Below the pieces are notes generated by a model that ran no database searches, had not been told where the DNA came from, and worked only from the letters and a program-made list of their open reading frames with translations. A program made the translations under genes and the position numbers. A DNA stretch of 63,912 bases from Octopus bimaculoides (Eukaryota): assembly GCF_001194135.2 (NCBI RefSeq), contig NC_068981.1, forward strand, positions 31,903,010 to 31,966,921, written 5' to 3'. Below, piece after piece: positions 63,843-63,912 of this stretch. Position 1 is the first letter of the stretch. Each line of letters begins with the position of its first letter.

Positions 63843-63912
<70 letters not shown>

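Overview
AT-rich eukaryotic intronic or intergenic DNA with about 20 assembly gaps (about 7.6 kb of N, about 12%), dense in microsatellites and transposon relics. The recurrent tRNA-derived SINE families match, from recall, those of octopus genomes, so an octopod origin is inferred, not proven. No intact or identifiable host protein-coding gene, rRNA, true tRNA or CRISPR array is supported; only weak isolated exon candidates exist. Recognisable content: three SINE families (called A, B, C here; about 20 copies), a decayed Penelope-like element (RT plus GIY-YIG flanks), three R4/Dong-like RT-REL LINE fragments, a possible RTE fragment, four mariner relics (one full-length, TA-flanked), one Tc1 relic and several MITEs. 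The most interesting signals are RNA-level. One is a type I hammerhead-ribozyme motif on the minus strand at about 5.82-5.96 kb, with an intact CUGAUGA/GAAAC/GUA core, a 97-nt structured insertion in stem II and a near-palindromic stem III. The other is a separate repeat family (about 22.4 kb and 38.5 kb) carrying a minimal hammerhead-like motif with a loop-less ACGU stem III and a variant core. Both resemble the ribozymes known from Penelope-like elements and retrozymes.
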